Of a DNA stretch of 64,000 nt, positions 10,175 through 19,280 are shown one piece after another. Each line of letters begins with the position of its first letter. The first letter of the stretch is position 1. A program made the position numbers and the translations under genes. This DNA is from Gammaproteobacteria bacterium. Lineage in GTDB: Bacteria; Pseudomonadota; Gammaproteobacteria; Steroidobacterales; XN24. The stretch spans positions 13,157 to 77,156 of the forward strand of contig JBLRWC010000005.1 of assembly GCA_047921455.1 (NCBI GenBank), read 5' to 3'. The notes beneath the pieces are model-generated. The model searched no databases. It saw only the letters and a list, made by a program, of their open reading frames with translations, and had not been told where the DNA came from.

Positions 10175-11545
10175 ATGCCAGATACAACACCTGCCAGCGG
10201 CGAGAGCCGGGGCGTCCTGCGGGGCCTGAATGGCCCGGCGCTGCTCGTGATTTATATCGCGGTCGCATCGCTGCCGCTGCTGCTCGCGCTGCTGGCCGGC
10301 AAACCGGCGCGCAGCTTCTGGCGCGAGCTATCTGCCGGGCTCGCCATGGTTGGCTTCGCCATGCTGCTCCTCGAGTTCATGCTCTCCGGCCGTTTCCGCG
10401 GCATCTCCGGACGCGTCGGGATCGATGTCACCATGCGAGTTCACCAGCTGGCTGCGCTGGGCATCCTGGTTTTCCTGCTGGTACACCCCTTCCTGTACGC
10501 GGTGCCGCGCCTCAGTCCCGAGCCGATGCGGGCCGTCAACTTCGTCCAGCGCATGTTCACCATGGAATGGTATCGCTCCGGCGTCGTCGCCTGGGCGCTG
10601 CTGTTGCTGTTGGTCCCGATGGGGTTTTTTCGCGACCGGCTGCCGTTCAGGTACGAGATCTGGCGCGCCAGCCATGGCCTCGGCGCATTGCTGGTCGCGG
10701 GCTTCGGTCTGCACCACACGCTGACCGTGGGCACGCACAGCGCGGACCGCCTGCTGGCCGGTTACTGGATCGCGCTCACCGGACTCGCCGTCCTGACCGT
10801 GCTGTTCGTCTATCTCATCAAGCCGCTGCTGCAGCTTCGCCGGCCCTACCGGGTGACGGCGAACCGACCGGTGGCGGAACGCACCTGGGAGGTCCGGGTG
10901 CGCCCCGATCACGAGGACAGCATCGATTTCCTCGCCGGCCAGTTCGCCTGGCTGAACCTCGGTCATTCGACCTTCAGCCTGGTGGAACACCCCTTCTCGA
11001 TCAGTTCCGCGCCCGCCGACCGGCCCGAGATCGCCTTCACCATCAAGCAGAGCGGAGATTTCACCAATCGCATCGGCGAGATACCAGTCGGCGCACGCGC
11101 CTGGCTGGACGGGCCACACGGGCATTTCGTGGTGCCTGATCCGTCCCCTGATGAGCTTGTCTTTATCGCCGGCGGCGTCGGCTTCGCGCCAGTGATGAGC
11201 ATCCTGCGTCAACTGCGCGCGGAGCGCTGGCCCGGCCGCCTGCACCTGCTCTACGGCAACCGGAGCGAGTCGCAGATTCTCTACCGCGAGGAACTCGAGG
11301 ACATGGCGCGGGAAATGGACCTCGATTTGCAGCTGGTACTGTCCGAACCACCGCCCGGATGGCACGGACGGGCCGGTACCCTGTGCGCTGAAACGCTGGC
11401 CACCTGCCTCGATGCAACACGGCGGGCCAGCTGGACCTACTTCTTGTGCGGCCCGCCGCCGATGATGAACAGCGTGGAGCGCAGCCTGCTCGACTTCGGC
11501 GTGCCCGGCAAACAGATCATCGCCGAGCGGTTCAAGTACGACTGA
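10175..11545 (+). CDS. NOX-type flavocytochrome: ferric-reductase transmembrane domain fused to an FAD/NAD(P)H-binding dehydrogenase domain
   Basis: The 456-aa ORF has two bis-His TM helices with NOX spacing. HQLAALGILVFLLVH has 13 residues between the His; HGLGALLVAGFGLH has 12. It also has the FAD motif HPFSISS, the NAD(P)H motif AGGVGFAPV, and a C-terminal FLCGPPPM. Confidence 0.8.
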   Translation: MPDTTPASGESRGVLRGLNGPALLVIYIAVASLPLLLALLAGKPARSFWRELSAGLAMVGFAMLLLEFMLSGRFRGISGRVGIDVTMRVHQLAALGILVFLLVHPFLYAVPRLSPEPMRAVNFVQRMFTMEWYRSGVVAWALLLLLVPMGFFRDRLPFRYEIWRASHGLGALLVAGFGLHHTLTVGTHSADRLLAGYWIALTGLAVLTVLFVYLIKPLLQLRRPYRVTANRPVAERTWEVRVRPDHEDSIDFLAGQFAWLNLGHSTFSLVEHPFSISSAPADRPEIAFTIKQSGDFTNRIGEIPVGARAWLDGPHGHFVVPDPSPDELVFIAGGVGFAPVMSILRQLRAERWPGRLHLLYGNRSESQILYREELEDMAREMDLDLQLVLSEPPPGWHGRAGTLCAETLATCLDATRRASWTYFLCGPPPMMNSVERSLLDFGVPGKQIIAERFKYD

Positions 11546-11554
11546 GGTGACTTG

Positions 11555-11650
11555 ATGACCTATCGCTTCCTGTTGCGCCTGTGCTGGTCGGTATTGCTGG
11601 CCCTTGTGCTGGCCGCCGTGCTGTTCGCGCTACGCCAGGCGCCCGCTTGA
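11555..11650 (+). CDS. Candidate 31-aa hydrophobic micro-protein ([31 protein letters not shown])
   Basis: This ORF is not in the track because it is under 60 aa. The ATG at 11555 is preceded by GAGGTGA (11545-11551), which overlaps the NOX-like stop. It has a single predicted TM helix and a stop at 11648-11650. There is no homology evidence. Confidence 0.3.
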   Translation: MTYRFLLRLCWSVLLALVLAAVLFALRQAPA

Positions 11651-11677
11651 ACCCCGATCGCCGTTTCGGGGGATAAT
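11647..11677 (+). promoter_or_regulatory. Candidate MerR/CueR-type promoter upstream of copA (TTGAAC-N19-GATAAT with an internal dyad)
   Basis: TTGAAC at 11647-11652 and GATAAT at 11672-11677 are separated by a 19-nt spacer. The spacer contains the dyad CCCCGA-N8-TCGGGG. A 19-bp spacer is the hallmark of MerR-family-activated promoters. Caveat: the -10 element ends only 7 nt before the copA ATG, so the transcript would be leaderless, or else GGGGGA here is simply the SD. Confidence 0.3.
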
Positions 11678-11684
11678 CGGGCCG

Positions 11685-14003
11685 ATGAGCTCCGCGAACA
11701 ACAATCCCGAGGCTGCGGCGCCCGCCTCGGAACTCACTCTCAGCGTCGGCGGCATGCATTGCGCATCCTGCGTCGGCCGTGTCGAAAAAGCGGTCCTGGC
11801 GGCGCCCGGCGTCAGCGGGGCCACCGTCAACCTGGCCACCGGTCGCGCCTTCGTCTCGCTCGCGCAACCCGCCGGCAACGTTGAGGCCATCACGCAAGCG
11901 ATCCGCGACGCCGGCTTCGAAGCCGAACCGCTGCTCGCCGCCCCGGAACAGTCGGACCGGGAATCCGCGGCGCGGGCTGCCGAGGCCCGCGCACTGCGCA
12001 GCGCCTTTCTGGTCGCCGCGCTGCTCACCCTGCCAATTTTCGTCCTCGAGATGGGCGCGCACCTGGTCCCCGGCATGGCCGAGCGAGTGGCCGAAACGGT
12101 CGGTACGCGCAATTTGCACCTGCTGTTTTTCGTGCTGGCCAGCGGCGTCCAGTTCGGGCCGGGACTGCGCTTCTACCGCAGCGGTTGGCCGGCGCTGGTA
12201 CGCGGCGCGCCCGACATGAATTCGCTCGTCATGCTGGGGAGCACGGCGGCCTGGGCATACTCCGTCATGGCCGTGTTCTTTGCCGGCCTGCTGCCCGCGG
12301 GAACGGCAAACGTCTATTTCGAGGCTTCCGCCGTGATCATCACGCTGATCCTCGCGGGACGCTATCTCGAGGCGCGCGCCCGCGGGCGTGCCGGCGACGC
12401 CATCCGCCGGCTGATCTCGTTACAGCCGCGCATCGCGCGCATCTCGCGCAACGGCCGGGAGCTGGAGGCGTCCATCGACCGCGTCCAGGTGGGCGACCAT
12501 GTCCTTGTGCGTCCCGGCGAACAGGTGCCGGTGGACGGTGAAGTCGTCGCGGGCAGCTCGTGGGTGGACGAGGCCATGATCAGCGGCGAGCCGCTGCCGG
12601 TCGAAAAAAATCCGGGTGACGAAGTCATCGGCGGCACCCTCAACGGCCGCGGCGCCTTTGAATTCCGCGCCACCCGCATCGGCTCGGACACGCTGCTGGC
12701 GCAGATCGTGCGGCTGGTGGAACAGGCGCAGGCCGCGAAGCTCCCCATCCAGGCACTGGTGGATCGCGTGACGCTGGTCTTCGTGCCGATCGTGATCGGG
12801 GTCGCCGTCCTGACATTCGCGGCCTGGCTCGCGTTCGGTCCCGCGCCGGCACTGAGTTTCGCGCTGGTCAACGCCGTGGCGGTATTGATCATCGCCTGTC
12901 CCTGCGCCATGGGATTGGCCACGCCGACCTCCATCATGGTCGGCACGGGCAAGGCTGCGGAACTTGGCCTGCTTTTTCGCAAGGGCGATGCTTTGCAGTC
13001 GTTGCGTGACGTCGACACGGTGGCGCTGGACAAGACCGGTACATTGACGCGCGGTCAACCGACCCTGACCGCCTGCCACGCGGCAGAGGGCTTCACAGCC
13101 GATGAAGTACTCGGCCTGGTCGCCGCGGTCGAGCAACGCTCGGAACACCCCATCGCGGCAGCGATCGTGGCCGGCGCCCGCGCGCGCGGCGTCGAGCCCG
13201 GCGAGGCGACCAATTTCAACGCGTCGGCCGGCCTCGGCGCATCGGCCAGCGTCGCGAACCGCCGCGTCGAAGTTGGCGCGCTGCGCTACATGACTCAACT
13301 CGGCGTCGATGTTTCACCCTTCGCAGCGACGGCTGCCGATTACGCAGCCGCCGGCGGCACTCCCCTGTATGCCGCCATCGACGGCCGGCCCGCGGCGCTC
13401 ATGGCGGTGGCCGATCCCCTCAAGGACTCCGCGCGTCCGGCGATCGCTGCGCTGCATCGGCTTGGGCTCAAGGTGGTCATGCTCACCGGCGACGATCGGC
13501 GCACTGCTGCAGCGGTGGCCCGCGAGGCCGGCATCGATGCGGTGCACGCTGAGCTGCTGCCGGACGGAAAAGTGGCCGTCATCAAGCGCCTGCAGGAGGG
13601 CGGACACAAAGTCGCTTTCGTCGGCGACGGCATCAACGACGCGCCGGCGCTGGCCCAGGCGGAGGTCGGCATAGCGATCGGCACGGGCACCGATATCGCC
13701 ATCGACAGCGCGGAACTGGTGCTGATGTCGGGAGATTTGCGCAACCTGCCCAATGCAGTGGCATTGTCGAGCGCCACCCTGCGCAACATCCGGCAAAACC
13801 TGTTCTGGGCTTTTGCCTACAACGCGAGCCTGATCCCGGTAGCGGCCGGGCTGCTCTATCCCGCTTTCGGGCTGCTGTTGTCCCCAATGCTGGCCGCGCT
13901 CGCCATGGCGCTGTCGAGCCTGTGCGTGGTGGGCAACGCCCTGCGCCTGAAGCTGTTTCAGCCGCCGTTGCTTACCAGTTCTTCTCGCCCGACTTCACCT
14001 TGA
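11685..14003 (+). CDS. copA: Copper-translocating P1B-type ATPase
   Basis: The ATG at 11685 lies within ORF 11604..14003. Motifs: HMA domain GMHCASC, transmembrane CPC ([13 protein letters not shown]), phosphorylation site DKTGTLT, hinge [10 protein letters not shown]. Confidence 0.9.
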   Translation: MSSANNNPEAAAPASELTLSVGGMHCASCVGRVEKAVLAAPGVSGATVNLATGRAFVSLAQPAGNVEAITQAIRDAGFEAEPLLAAPEQSDRESAARAAEARALRSAFLVAALLTLPIFVLEMGAHLVPGMAERVAETVGTRNLHLLFFVLASGVQFGPGLRFYRSGWPALVRGAPDMNSLVMLGSTAAWAYSVMAVFFAGLLPAGTANVYFEASAVIITLILAGRYLEARARGRAGDAIRRLISLQPRIARISRNGRELEASIDRVQVGDHVLVRPGEQVPVDGEVVAGSSWVDEAMISGEPLPVEKNPGDEVIGGTLNGRGAFEFRATRIGSDTLLAQIVRLVEQAQAAKLPIQALVDRVTLVFVPIVIGVAVLTFAAWLAFGPAPALSFALVNAVAVLIIACPCAMGLATPTSIMVGTGKAAELGLLFRKGDALQSLRDVDTVALDKTGTLTRGQPTLTACHAAEGFTADEVLGLVAAVEQRSEHPIAAAIVAGARARGVEPGEATNFNASAGLGASASVANRRVEVGALRYMTQLGVDVSPFAATAADYAAAGGTPLYAAIDGRPAALMAVADPLKDSARPAIAALHRLGLKVVMLTGDDRRTAAAVAREAGIDAVHAELLPDGKVAVIKRLQEGGHKVAFVGDGINDAPALAQAEVGIAIGTGTDIAIDSAELVLMSGDLRNLPNAVALSSATLRNIRQNLFWAFAYNASLIPVAAGLLYPAFGLLLSPMLAALAMALSSLCVVGNALRLKLFQPPLLTSSSRPTSP

Positions 14004-14406
14004 CCGTGCCGGTCGCGACGTCGATCGCGTGGCAATGCAGGCAGTTGCCGCCGTATTCCTGGATGAAAGCGTTTTCCGCCGGATTTTCGTAGTGCAGTAT
14101 GTGCGCGAGATCACCGAGCGGCGTGAAGCCAACCTCATCACTGTGGCAGTCGGTGCAGTCGCCCGGCACTGACTTGGTGTCATCATCCACGTCGGGATGA
14201 CGCATGGCGCCAAGCAGCGTGCCGATTTCTCCCGCCCCCTCCGCCACGTGACAGTCCACGCAACCATGCACATAGGGTCCCGGGCCGGCGTCGCCCGGCA
14301 ATTTCGCCTGGTCGGCGCTCTCGGCCGTGGACCAGCCGCCACCCAGCATAGCCATGCCCAGCAAGGTCATGGCCGCGGCGGGAAGAATCCAGTTCCTGGT
14401 TGTCAT
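13972..14406 (-). CDS. Small exported triheme c-type cytochrome
   Basis: There are three CXXCH motifs (CVDCH, CTDCH, CLHCH). The ATG at 14406 is preceded by AAGGAG, 7 nt upstream on the minus strand. It has a signal/anchor sequence ([19 protein letters not shown]). Its 3' end overlaps the copA 3' end by 32 nt (convergent). Confidence 0.75.
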   Translation of the reverse strand: MTTRNWILPAAAMTLLGMAMLGGGWSTAESADQAKLPGDAGPGPYVHGCVDCHVAEGAGEIGTLLGAMRHPDVDDDTKSVPGDCTDCHSDEVGFTPLGDLAHILHYENPAENAFIQEYGGNCLHCHAIDVATGTVKVKSGEKNW

Positions 14407-14491
14407 TAGCGGTCTCCTTGAGAAAATCGTGCTGGTTGTCATGAAAACATAGCAGACCGCAACACATACTTCCCTGTCGTCAGCCCGGACC

Positions 14492-16234
14492 TCAAGCCAG
14501 CAGCCAGGCCATCGAGGCGGCCAGCAACAGCATCAACAGGCCCGTCATCGGCCAGATCGCAATCCGCGTCTCGCCATGACTGAGGCGGATGGACCAGCCC
14601 GGTCCGCTGCGTCCTAGCCGGTCGGCAAGACGCCCGAAAACGGCCAGCCGGCGCGGCAAGCGATGACTGAAAAAGTCGTTCAGCGCCGCCCCAAGAATCA
14701 GCACGCCGCGCTCGAGGAGGATACCGATGTCACCGGCCGGCACAGGCGGCAGTCCCGGCAGCCGACCGCGGCGATGCAGACGGACCGCGCCGAACGCAAT
14801 GATGCCGGCCAAGGCCAAGGGCCAGGATGCGCCCCAGAGCGCGCTGCCCTCCGTGGCCTCGCCACGCAGCACCGGCGCCGCCACCAGCCAGGGACCCGCG
14901 AGCCAGGCCACCAGCAACGCCAGCCAAGGCGCATACAGGCCGAACGGCAGTCGGGTCGCCTGCGCGCTCGCCCGGGGCCAGGCGAGCCAGAGAAAGCGCA
15001 GCATCAACAGGGTCGTCAGGGCCGAACTGATGCTGAGCAGCATGGGCAACGACGTGCTCCACGGTTCGGCGACGAGCTCGGCAGTCTGTTTCAGCGCGAG
15101 CTTCGCCACCAGGCCGCCGGTCAACGGACCGCCCGCGATAGCCAGCGCGCCGAGCGACAACACCACCGCCGCCAGCCGCGCCGCCGCCGGGCTCAGGGCG
15201 TGCTGCACGAGCCCCGCGCCGAGGAACAAGCCGCCTTTCACAAGGCTGTGATGAACCATGAAAATCAACACCGTCGCGAACAACAACGGCCAGTGCGCCG
15301 GGAACACCAGCCCCAGGCCGATCGCCAGCGTCATCAGGCCCATCTGGCTGATGCTCGAATATGCCAGCACTGTTTTGGCCTCACGCTGGGGCAGGCCGGC
15401 GAACACGCCATAATAGGCCGTGAACAAGCCGGCGACGGCCAGTCCCGCTCCCCAGGCCGGCAGCGCAATATCACCGAGCGGCAACAACCGCAGCCAGGCG
15501 ACCAGCCCCGCCTTGATCATCGCGCCTGACAGCACGGCGCTGGCAGGCGCGGGCGCTACCGGGTGTGCCAGGGGCAACCAGAAGTGCAGCCCGAAGACCC
15601 CGGCCTTGATGCCGAATCCCACCAGCAACAAGCCGATCGTCAGGTTGTTCCTGGTAGCGTCGTCCTCGAGAAACACGGTGCGCAACGCGGCAAAGTCGAT
15701 GTGCCCGCTGCTGGCGAGCATCATCAGCGCCGATATGATGCAGACCTCGCCAATCACCACCAGGGCGATGTAATAACGCCCGGCGTGTCGCGCTCGTTGA
15801 TCGCCCGCATGTACGACCAGTCCATAGGAGGCGAAACTCATGAGCGCGAAACCGAGATAAAACACGGCGGCGTCGAGCGCTACCAGCAACAGGAGGTTGC
15901 CGGCCATGGCCGCCAGGAACCAGCCGAAAAACACATCCCGGCGCGGCCCGGACTCGAGATAGCGCTGGGCGAACAGCCCGGCCGCCAGCCACAATCCCGC
16001 CGTGACCGGCAACAGCACGTTGGCAATGTCGTCGATGCCGAGCCGGGCGCCAAGCATCAGCCAGCCGATTTCCATCACCGGGGCGCCGGTTGCCACGAGC
16101 GTGCCGGCCAGCAACCCGGGCAGCGCCGCCCAAGGCGCCAGCACGCGCGCGGCCCCGCGTACTCGCTTCGACACCAGGCCGCCCACCAGCAGCAGCGGCC
16201 AGCAGACGGAGAAAAGCAGCACCAGGGTATTCAT
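14492..16234 (-). CDS. Antiporter-like subunit (Proton_antipo_M / NuoL-MrpA-like) with a C-terminal amphipathic tail and terminal TM anchor; set 1, last gene
   Basis: The 580-aa ORF has GFGIKAGVFGLHFWLPLAHPVAPAPASAVLSGAMIKAG and MVHHSLVKGGLFLGAG. The tail reads LNDFFSHRLPRRLAVFGRLADRLGR...IWPMTGLLMLLLAASMAWLLA. It shares an ATGA overlap with the upstream gene (16231-16234). Confidence 0.8.
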   Translation of the reverse strand: MNTLVLLFSVCWPLLLVGGLVSKRVRGAARVLAPWAALPGLLAGTLVATGAPVMEIGWLMLGARLGIDDIANVLLPVTAGLWLAAGLFAQRYLESGPRRDVFFGWFLAAMAGNLLLLVALDAAVFYLGFALMSFASYGLVVHAGDQRARHAGRYYIALVVIGEVCIISALMMLASSGHIDFAALRTVFLEDDATRNNLTIGLLLVGFGIKAGVFGLHFWLPLAHPVAPAPASAVLSGAMIKAGLVAWLRLLPLGDIALPAWGAGLAVAGLFTAYYGVFAGLPQREAKTVLAYSSISQMGLMTLAIGLGLVFPAHWPLLFATVLIFMVHHSLVKGGLFLGAGLVQHALSPAAARLAAVVLSLGALAIAGGPLTGGLVAKLALKQTAELVAEPWSTSLPMLLSISSALTTLLMLRFLWLAWPRASAQATRLPFGLYAPWLALLVAWLAGPWLVAAPVLRGEATEGSALWGASWPLALAGIIAFGAVRLHRRGRLPGLPPVPAGDIGILLERGVLILGAALNDFFSHRLPRRLAVFGRLADRLGRSGPGWSIRLSHGETRIAIWPMTGLLMLLLAASMAWLLA

Positions 16235-17790
16235 TTCGCCAGCAGGAAAGCTGCGCCCAAGGCGAACAGGATCATCATCAGGCTGGTGGCGGGCCAGGTG
16301 CGCAACCGGATATCCAGGCGATGCACGCGCCTCGACCAGGCCTCACCGTCCCACAGGTCGCGCACACGCGCCTCCAGGTGCCGGACGATGCGCGGCAGGT
16401 AGCGGACACACACTACCTGCAGCCAGCGCAGCGCAAGACCAACGCTTCGCTCAACCAGTACCAGCAGGTCGCCGGGCGGGATCCCCGGTTGCGCGCGGGC
16501 CGGCGCCAGGCGAAAAATCACCAGCGCCAGCGTGACGCCGATCGGCAGAATCCAGGTGGAGGCAAACACCGGCGGATGTGCGGCCCAGGCGAAACCGAGC
16601 CCGATCCCCGCGAGAATGAGCGGCGCGTATGCCAGCCGGGTTTTTTCCACGGACGCATCGTCACGCGCCACCGCCGGCGTCCTGCGCACCGTCAGGGTCA
16701 GCAGGAACGTTGCCGCGATCGCCGCCCCCGGCAGCAGCGCCGCCGCCCATATCGGCAGCACCTGCACGGCGTGCACCAGTAAATGACCGCCGGCCAACCC
16801 GTGCACCAGTACGGCGGCGGCGATGGCGATATCCCGGGGCCAGCCGGTATGCTGCAACGCGACCAGTGGCAGCGCGGCGCAGCACGCCAGCAGCGCTAAC
16901 GTGAGCCACGCCAGCTGGCCCTCCGGCCCGGCACCCGCCGGCATGGCCGCCAGCAGCAACGCAGCGGTGGCGGCCACGGCATAGCCGAGGGTCGCACGCG
17001 CGTTCACCTGGGCAAAGCCAGCGACCGCGGCCCATGCGGCGCCCGCGACCCCCAGCAACGCGCAGGTGACGCCCATCGGCGGGGCACCGGCCGGCAACAG
17101 CTTCATGATGCCGAAGAACGCCGCCGCAGGCAGCACCACCAGCAAGATCGCGCCCGTCGTACTGGCGGCCATGAGCGCCGGCGGCAGCCAGCCATGCGCC
17201 GGCGGAATACCGCCACGGAGGATCACCGCAATGAGTCCCATCACCAGCACGGCCGGCTTGAGGTCGATGGCCGGGCTCGCCGTCGCGCTCAAAAGCACCT
17301 CGAACACCAGCAGATCGCTCAGCACCAGCAATACGATCAGCGCGCGGCCGGGACGTCGCGAGCCTGCGCCCGGCTCACTGGCCATGGCCGCGTACAGGCC
17401 ATAGCCGGTCCAGAACATGCCCAGGTAGACCAATGGACCGCCTTCGGCGAGAGCCAGGAGCGTGGCGCCCGACAAGGCGACCAGCAGGGCGAACGCGGTC
17501 GGCCCCGGTTCCTGTGTGCGCGTGAGCAATAGCCCGGCACTAAGCCAGAGGCCGCCGAACAACAGCAGGGCGGCCCGCGCGACGGAATCCAGCACCAGCG
17601 CCGAGGTTCCCAGCACCAGGACTCCGGGCAAGCTGACCCGGTCCGGCGCGGCGACCATGGCCATGACGAGGGGGAAGGCGGCCACCAGCGCGACCAGCCA
17701 GCCCGCCGGCAGGTCGCGGCTACGCGACGACAACACCAGCCATGCGGCGGCGGCCAGCGGCACCAGCGGCAACGCCACCAACGTGCTCAT
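16231..17790 (-). CDS. Degenerate antiporter-like subunit (Proton_antipo_M-derived, conserved charged residues lost) with an amphipathic tail and terminal TM anchor
   Basis: The 519-aa polytopic ORF retains the HGWLPPA signature. In the eye alignment, the TM5 Glu position reads MFW, the TM7 Lys is Arg (VILRGG), VVKAG reads VVLPAA, and the TM12 Lys motif reads HGLAGGH. The tail is LRWLQVVCVRYLPRIVRHLEARVRDLW...SLMMILFALGAAFLLAK. It has ATGA overlaps at both ends. Confidence 0.65.
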   Translation of the reverse strand: MSTLVALPLVPLAAAAWLVLSSRSRDLPAGWLVALVAAFPLVMAMVAAPDRVSLPGVLVLGTSALVLDSVARAALLLFGGLWLSAGLLLTRTQEPGPTAFALLVALSGATLLALAEGGPLVYLGMFWTGYGLYAAMASEPGAGSRRPGRALIVLLVLSDLLVFEVLLSATASPAIDLKPAVLVMGLIAVILRGGIPPAHGWLPPALMAASTTGAILLVVLPAAAFFGIMKLLPAGAPPMGVTCALLGVAGAAWAAVAGFAQVNARATLGYAVAATAALLLAAMPAGAGPEGQLAWLTLALLACCAALPLVALQHTGWPRDIAIAAAVLVHGLAGGHLLVHAVQVLPIWAAALLPGAAIAATFLLTLTVRRTPAVARDDASVEKTRLAYAPLILAGIGLGFAWAAHPPVFASTWILPIGVTLALVIFRLAPARAQPGIPPGDLLVLVERSVGLALRWLQVVCVRYLPRIVRHLEARVRDLWDGEAWSRRVHRLDIRLRTWPATSLMMILFALGAAFLLAK

Positions 17791-19280
17791 GGCGCGTACT
17801 TGCGCGCCGCAATGAACTGCACCCAGTCAAGCGGCGTCCCCGGCATCGATGCGAACAGTCCCCATACCAGCGCCGCCGCGACCGTGAACAAGGGCGGCAA
17901 TAGCAACATCCAGGCGGTTTCCTTGCGGCCGAAACTGCGCTCCTTGGGCCACTGGTCGGGCGGCGCGTCGAACCAGGCCGCGCGCAGGATCGGCAGGAAG
18001 TAAGCCGCGTTCAACAGGCTGCTGCCGGCGAGCACCAGCACCACCCAGTCCTGGCCAACCTCCAGCGCACCGAGGCCGATGTACCACTTGCTGATGAAGC
18101 CGACCATCGGCGGTACCCCGATCATGCCCAGCGCCGCCAGCGTGAACGCCGCCATGGTCCAGGGCATGCGACGGCCGATGCCGCGCATCTCGCTCACCTT
18201 GTGCACGCCGAGCGTCTCCGCGAAGTTGCCGGCGCAGAAGAACAGCGTGATTTTCATAAAGCCCTGGTGGACCAGGTGGACCAGCCCGCCGATGGATGCG
18301 ATCGGCCCGGCAATGGCAATACCCAGCGTGATGTAAGACACCTGGCTGACCGTGGAGAACGCCAGCCGGCGTTTCAGGTCATCCTGGAACAACGCCCGGA
18401 CGGACCCGTAAATGATCGTGACCGAGGCGAGTATGGCCAACGGCAGCGTGACGCCGAGACTCGCCGCGAACTCGATGCCGAAGACGTCGTAGACAATGCG
18501 CACCACCCCGAACGCGCCGGCTTTCACAACCGCTACCGCGTGCAACAGGGCGCTCACCGGCGCCGGGGCGACCATGGCCAACGGCAACCAGACGTGCAGC
18601 GGCACCAACGCCGCCTTGACGCCTACCCCGAGAATCAGCAGCGTGAAAATCACCCGTAACACGCCGGGATCGATGCCCAGGCCGGCAATGAAGCCGCGAT
18701 CCACGAATTCCAGCGTGCCCGTCAGTGAGTACAGCCAGATCGTGCCCAGCAGCAGCAGCACGCCGCCGCCGATGGTGTAAGCGAGATAGACGCGCCCAGC
18801 CTTGCGGGCGACTTCCGTGCCCCGGTGCACCACCAAAGGATAGGTGGTGAGCGTCAGCGCTTCATAAAAGACCAGGAAGGTCAGCAGATTGCCCGCCATC
18901 GCCAGGCCGACCGTGGTGGTCACGCAAAGGCTGAAGTAGCCGAAGAAACGACTCCGGTTGGGCGAGTCCTCGAGGTAACCGATGGCATAGATGGTGGTCG
19001 CCAGCCAAAGCACCGCGGAGAGATTCACAAACAGCAACGACAAGGCGTCGGCATGCAGCACGAAATCGAGACCCGGCAACAGCGGCAAACGGAATTCGTA
19101 CTCCACGCCGTGCGAGACGCCGATCATCATCAGTAACAGCAGGATGATCTTCAGAACCGCGCCGGTGAGATTAAGCGTGATGCGCAGCGCCACCGCCTTT
19201 TCCGGCAACATGAAAATGATCAGGCCGGGAATCAGCGAGCTGGCCAGCACCAGCATGGGCAGCCAGGCGTTGGTCGTCAT
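17787..19280 (-). CDS. mrpD: Monovalent cation/H+ antiporter subunit D-family protein (set 1, second D)
   Basis: The ATG at 19280 (MTTNAWLPMLVL) forms an ATGA overlap with the upstream stop. Motifs: LVFYEALTLTTYPLV (TM5 Glu), GVGVKAALVPLHVWLPLAMVAPAPVSALLHAVAVVKAG, LVHQGFMKITLFFCAG. Confidence 0.85.
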   Translation of the reverse strand: MTTNAWLPMLVLASSLIPGLIIFMLPEKAVALRITLNLTGAVLKIILLLLMMIGVSHGVEYEFRLPLLPGLDFVLHADALSLLFVNLSAVLWLATTIYAIGYLEDSPNRSRFFGYFSLCVTTTVGLAMAGNLLTFLVFYEALTLTTYPLVVHRGTEVARKAGRVYLAYTIGGGVLLLLGTIWLYSLTGTLEFVDRGFIAGLGIDPGVLRVIFTLLILGVGVKAALVPLHVWLPLAMVAPAPVSALLHAVAVVKAGAFGVVRIVYDVFGIEFAASLGVTLPLAILASVTIIYGSVRALFQDDLKRRLAFSTVSQVSYITLGIAIAGPIASIGGLVHLVHQGFMKITLFFCAGNFAETLGVHKVSEMRGIGRRMPWTMAAFTLAALGMIGVPPMVGFISKWYIGLGALEVGQDWVVLVLAGSSLLNAAYFLPILRAAWFDAPPDQWPKERSFGRKETAWMLLLPPLFTVAAALVWGLFASMPGTPLDWVQFIAARKYAP

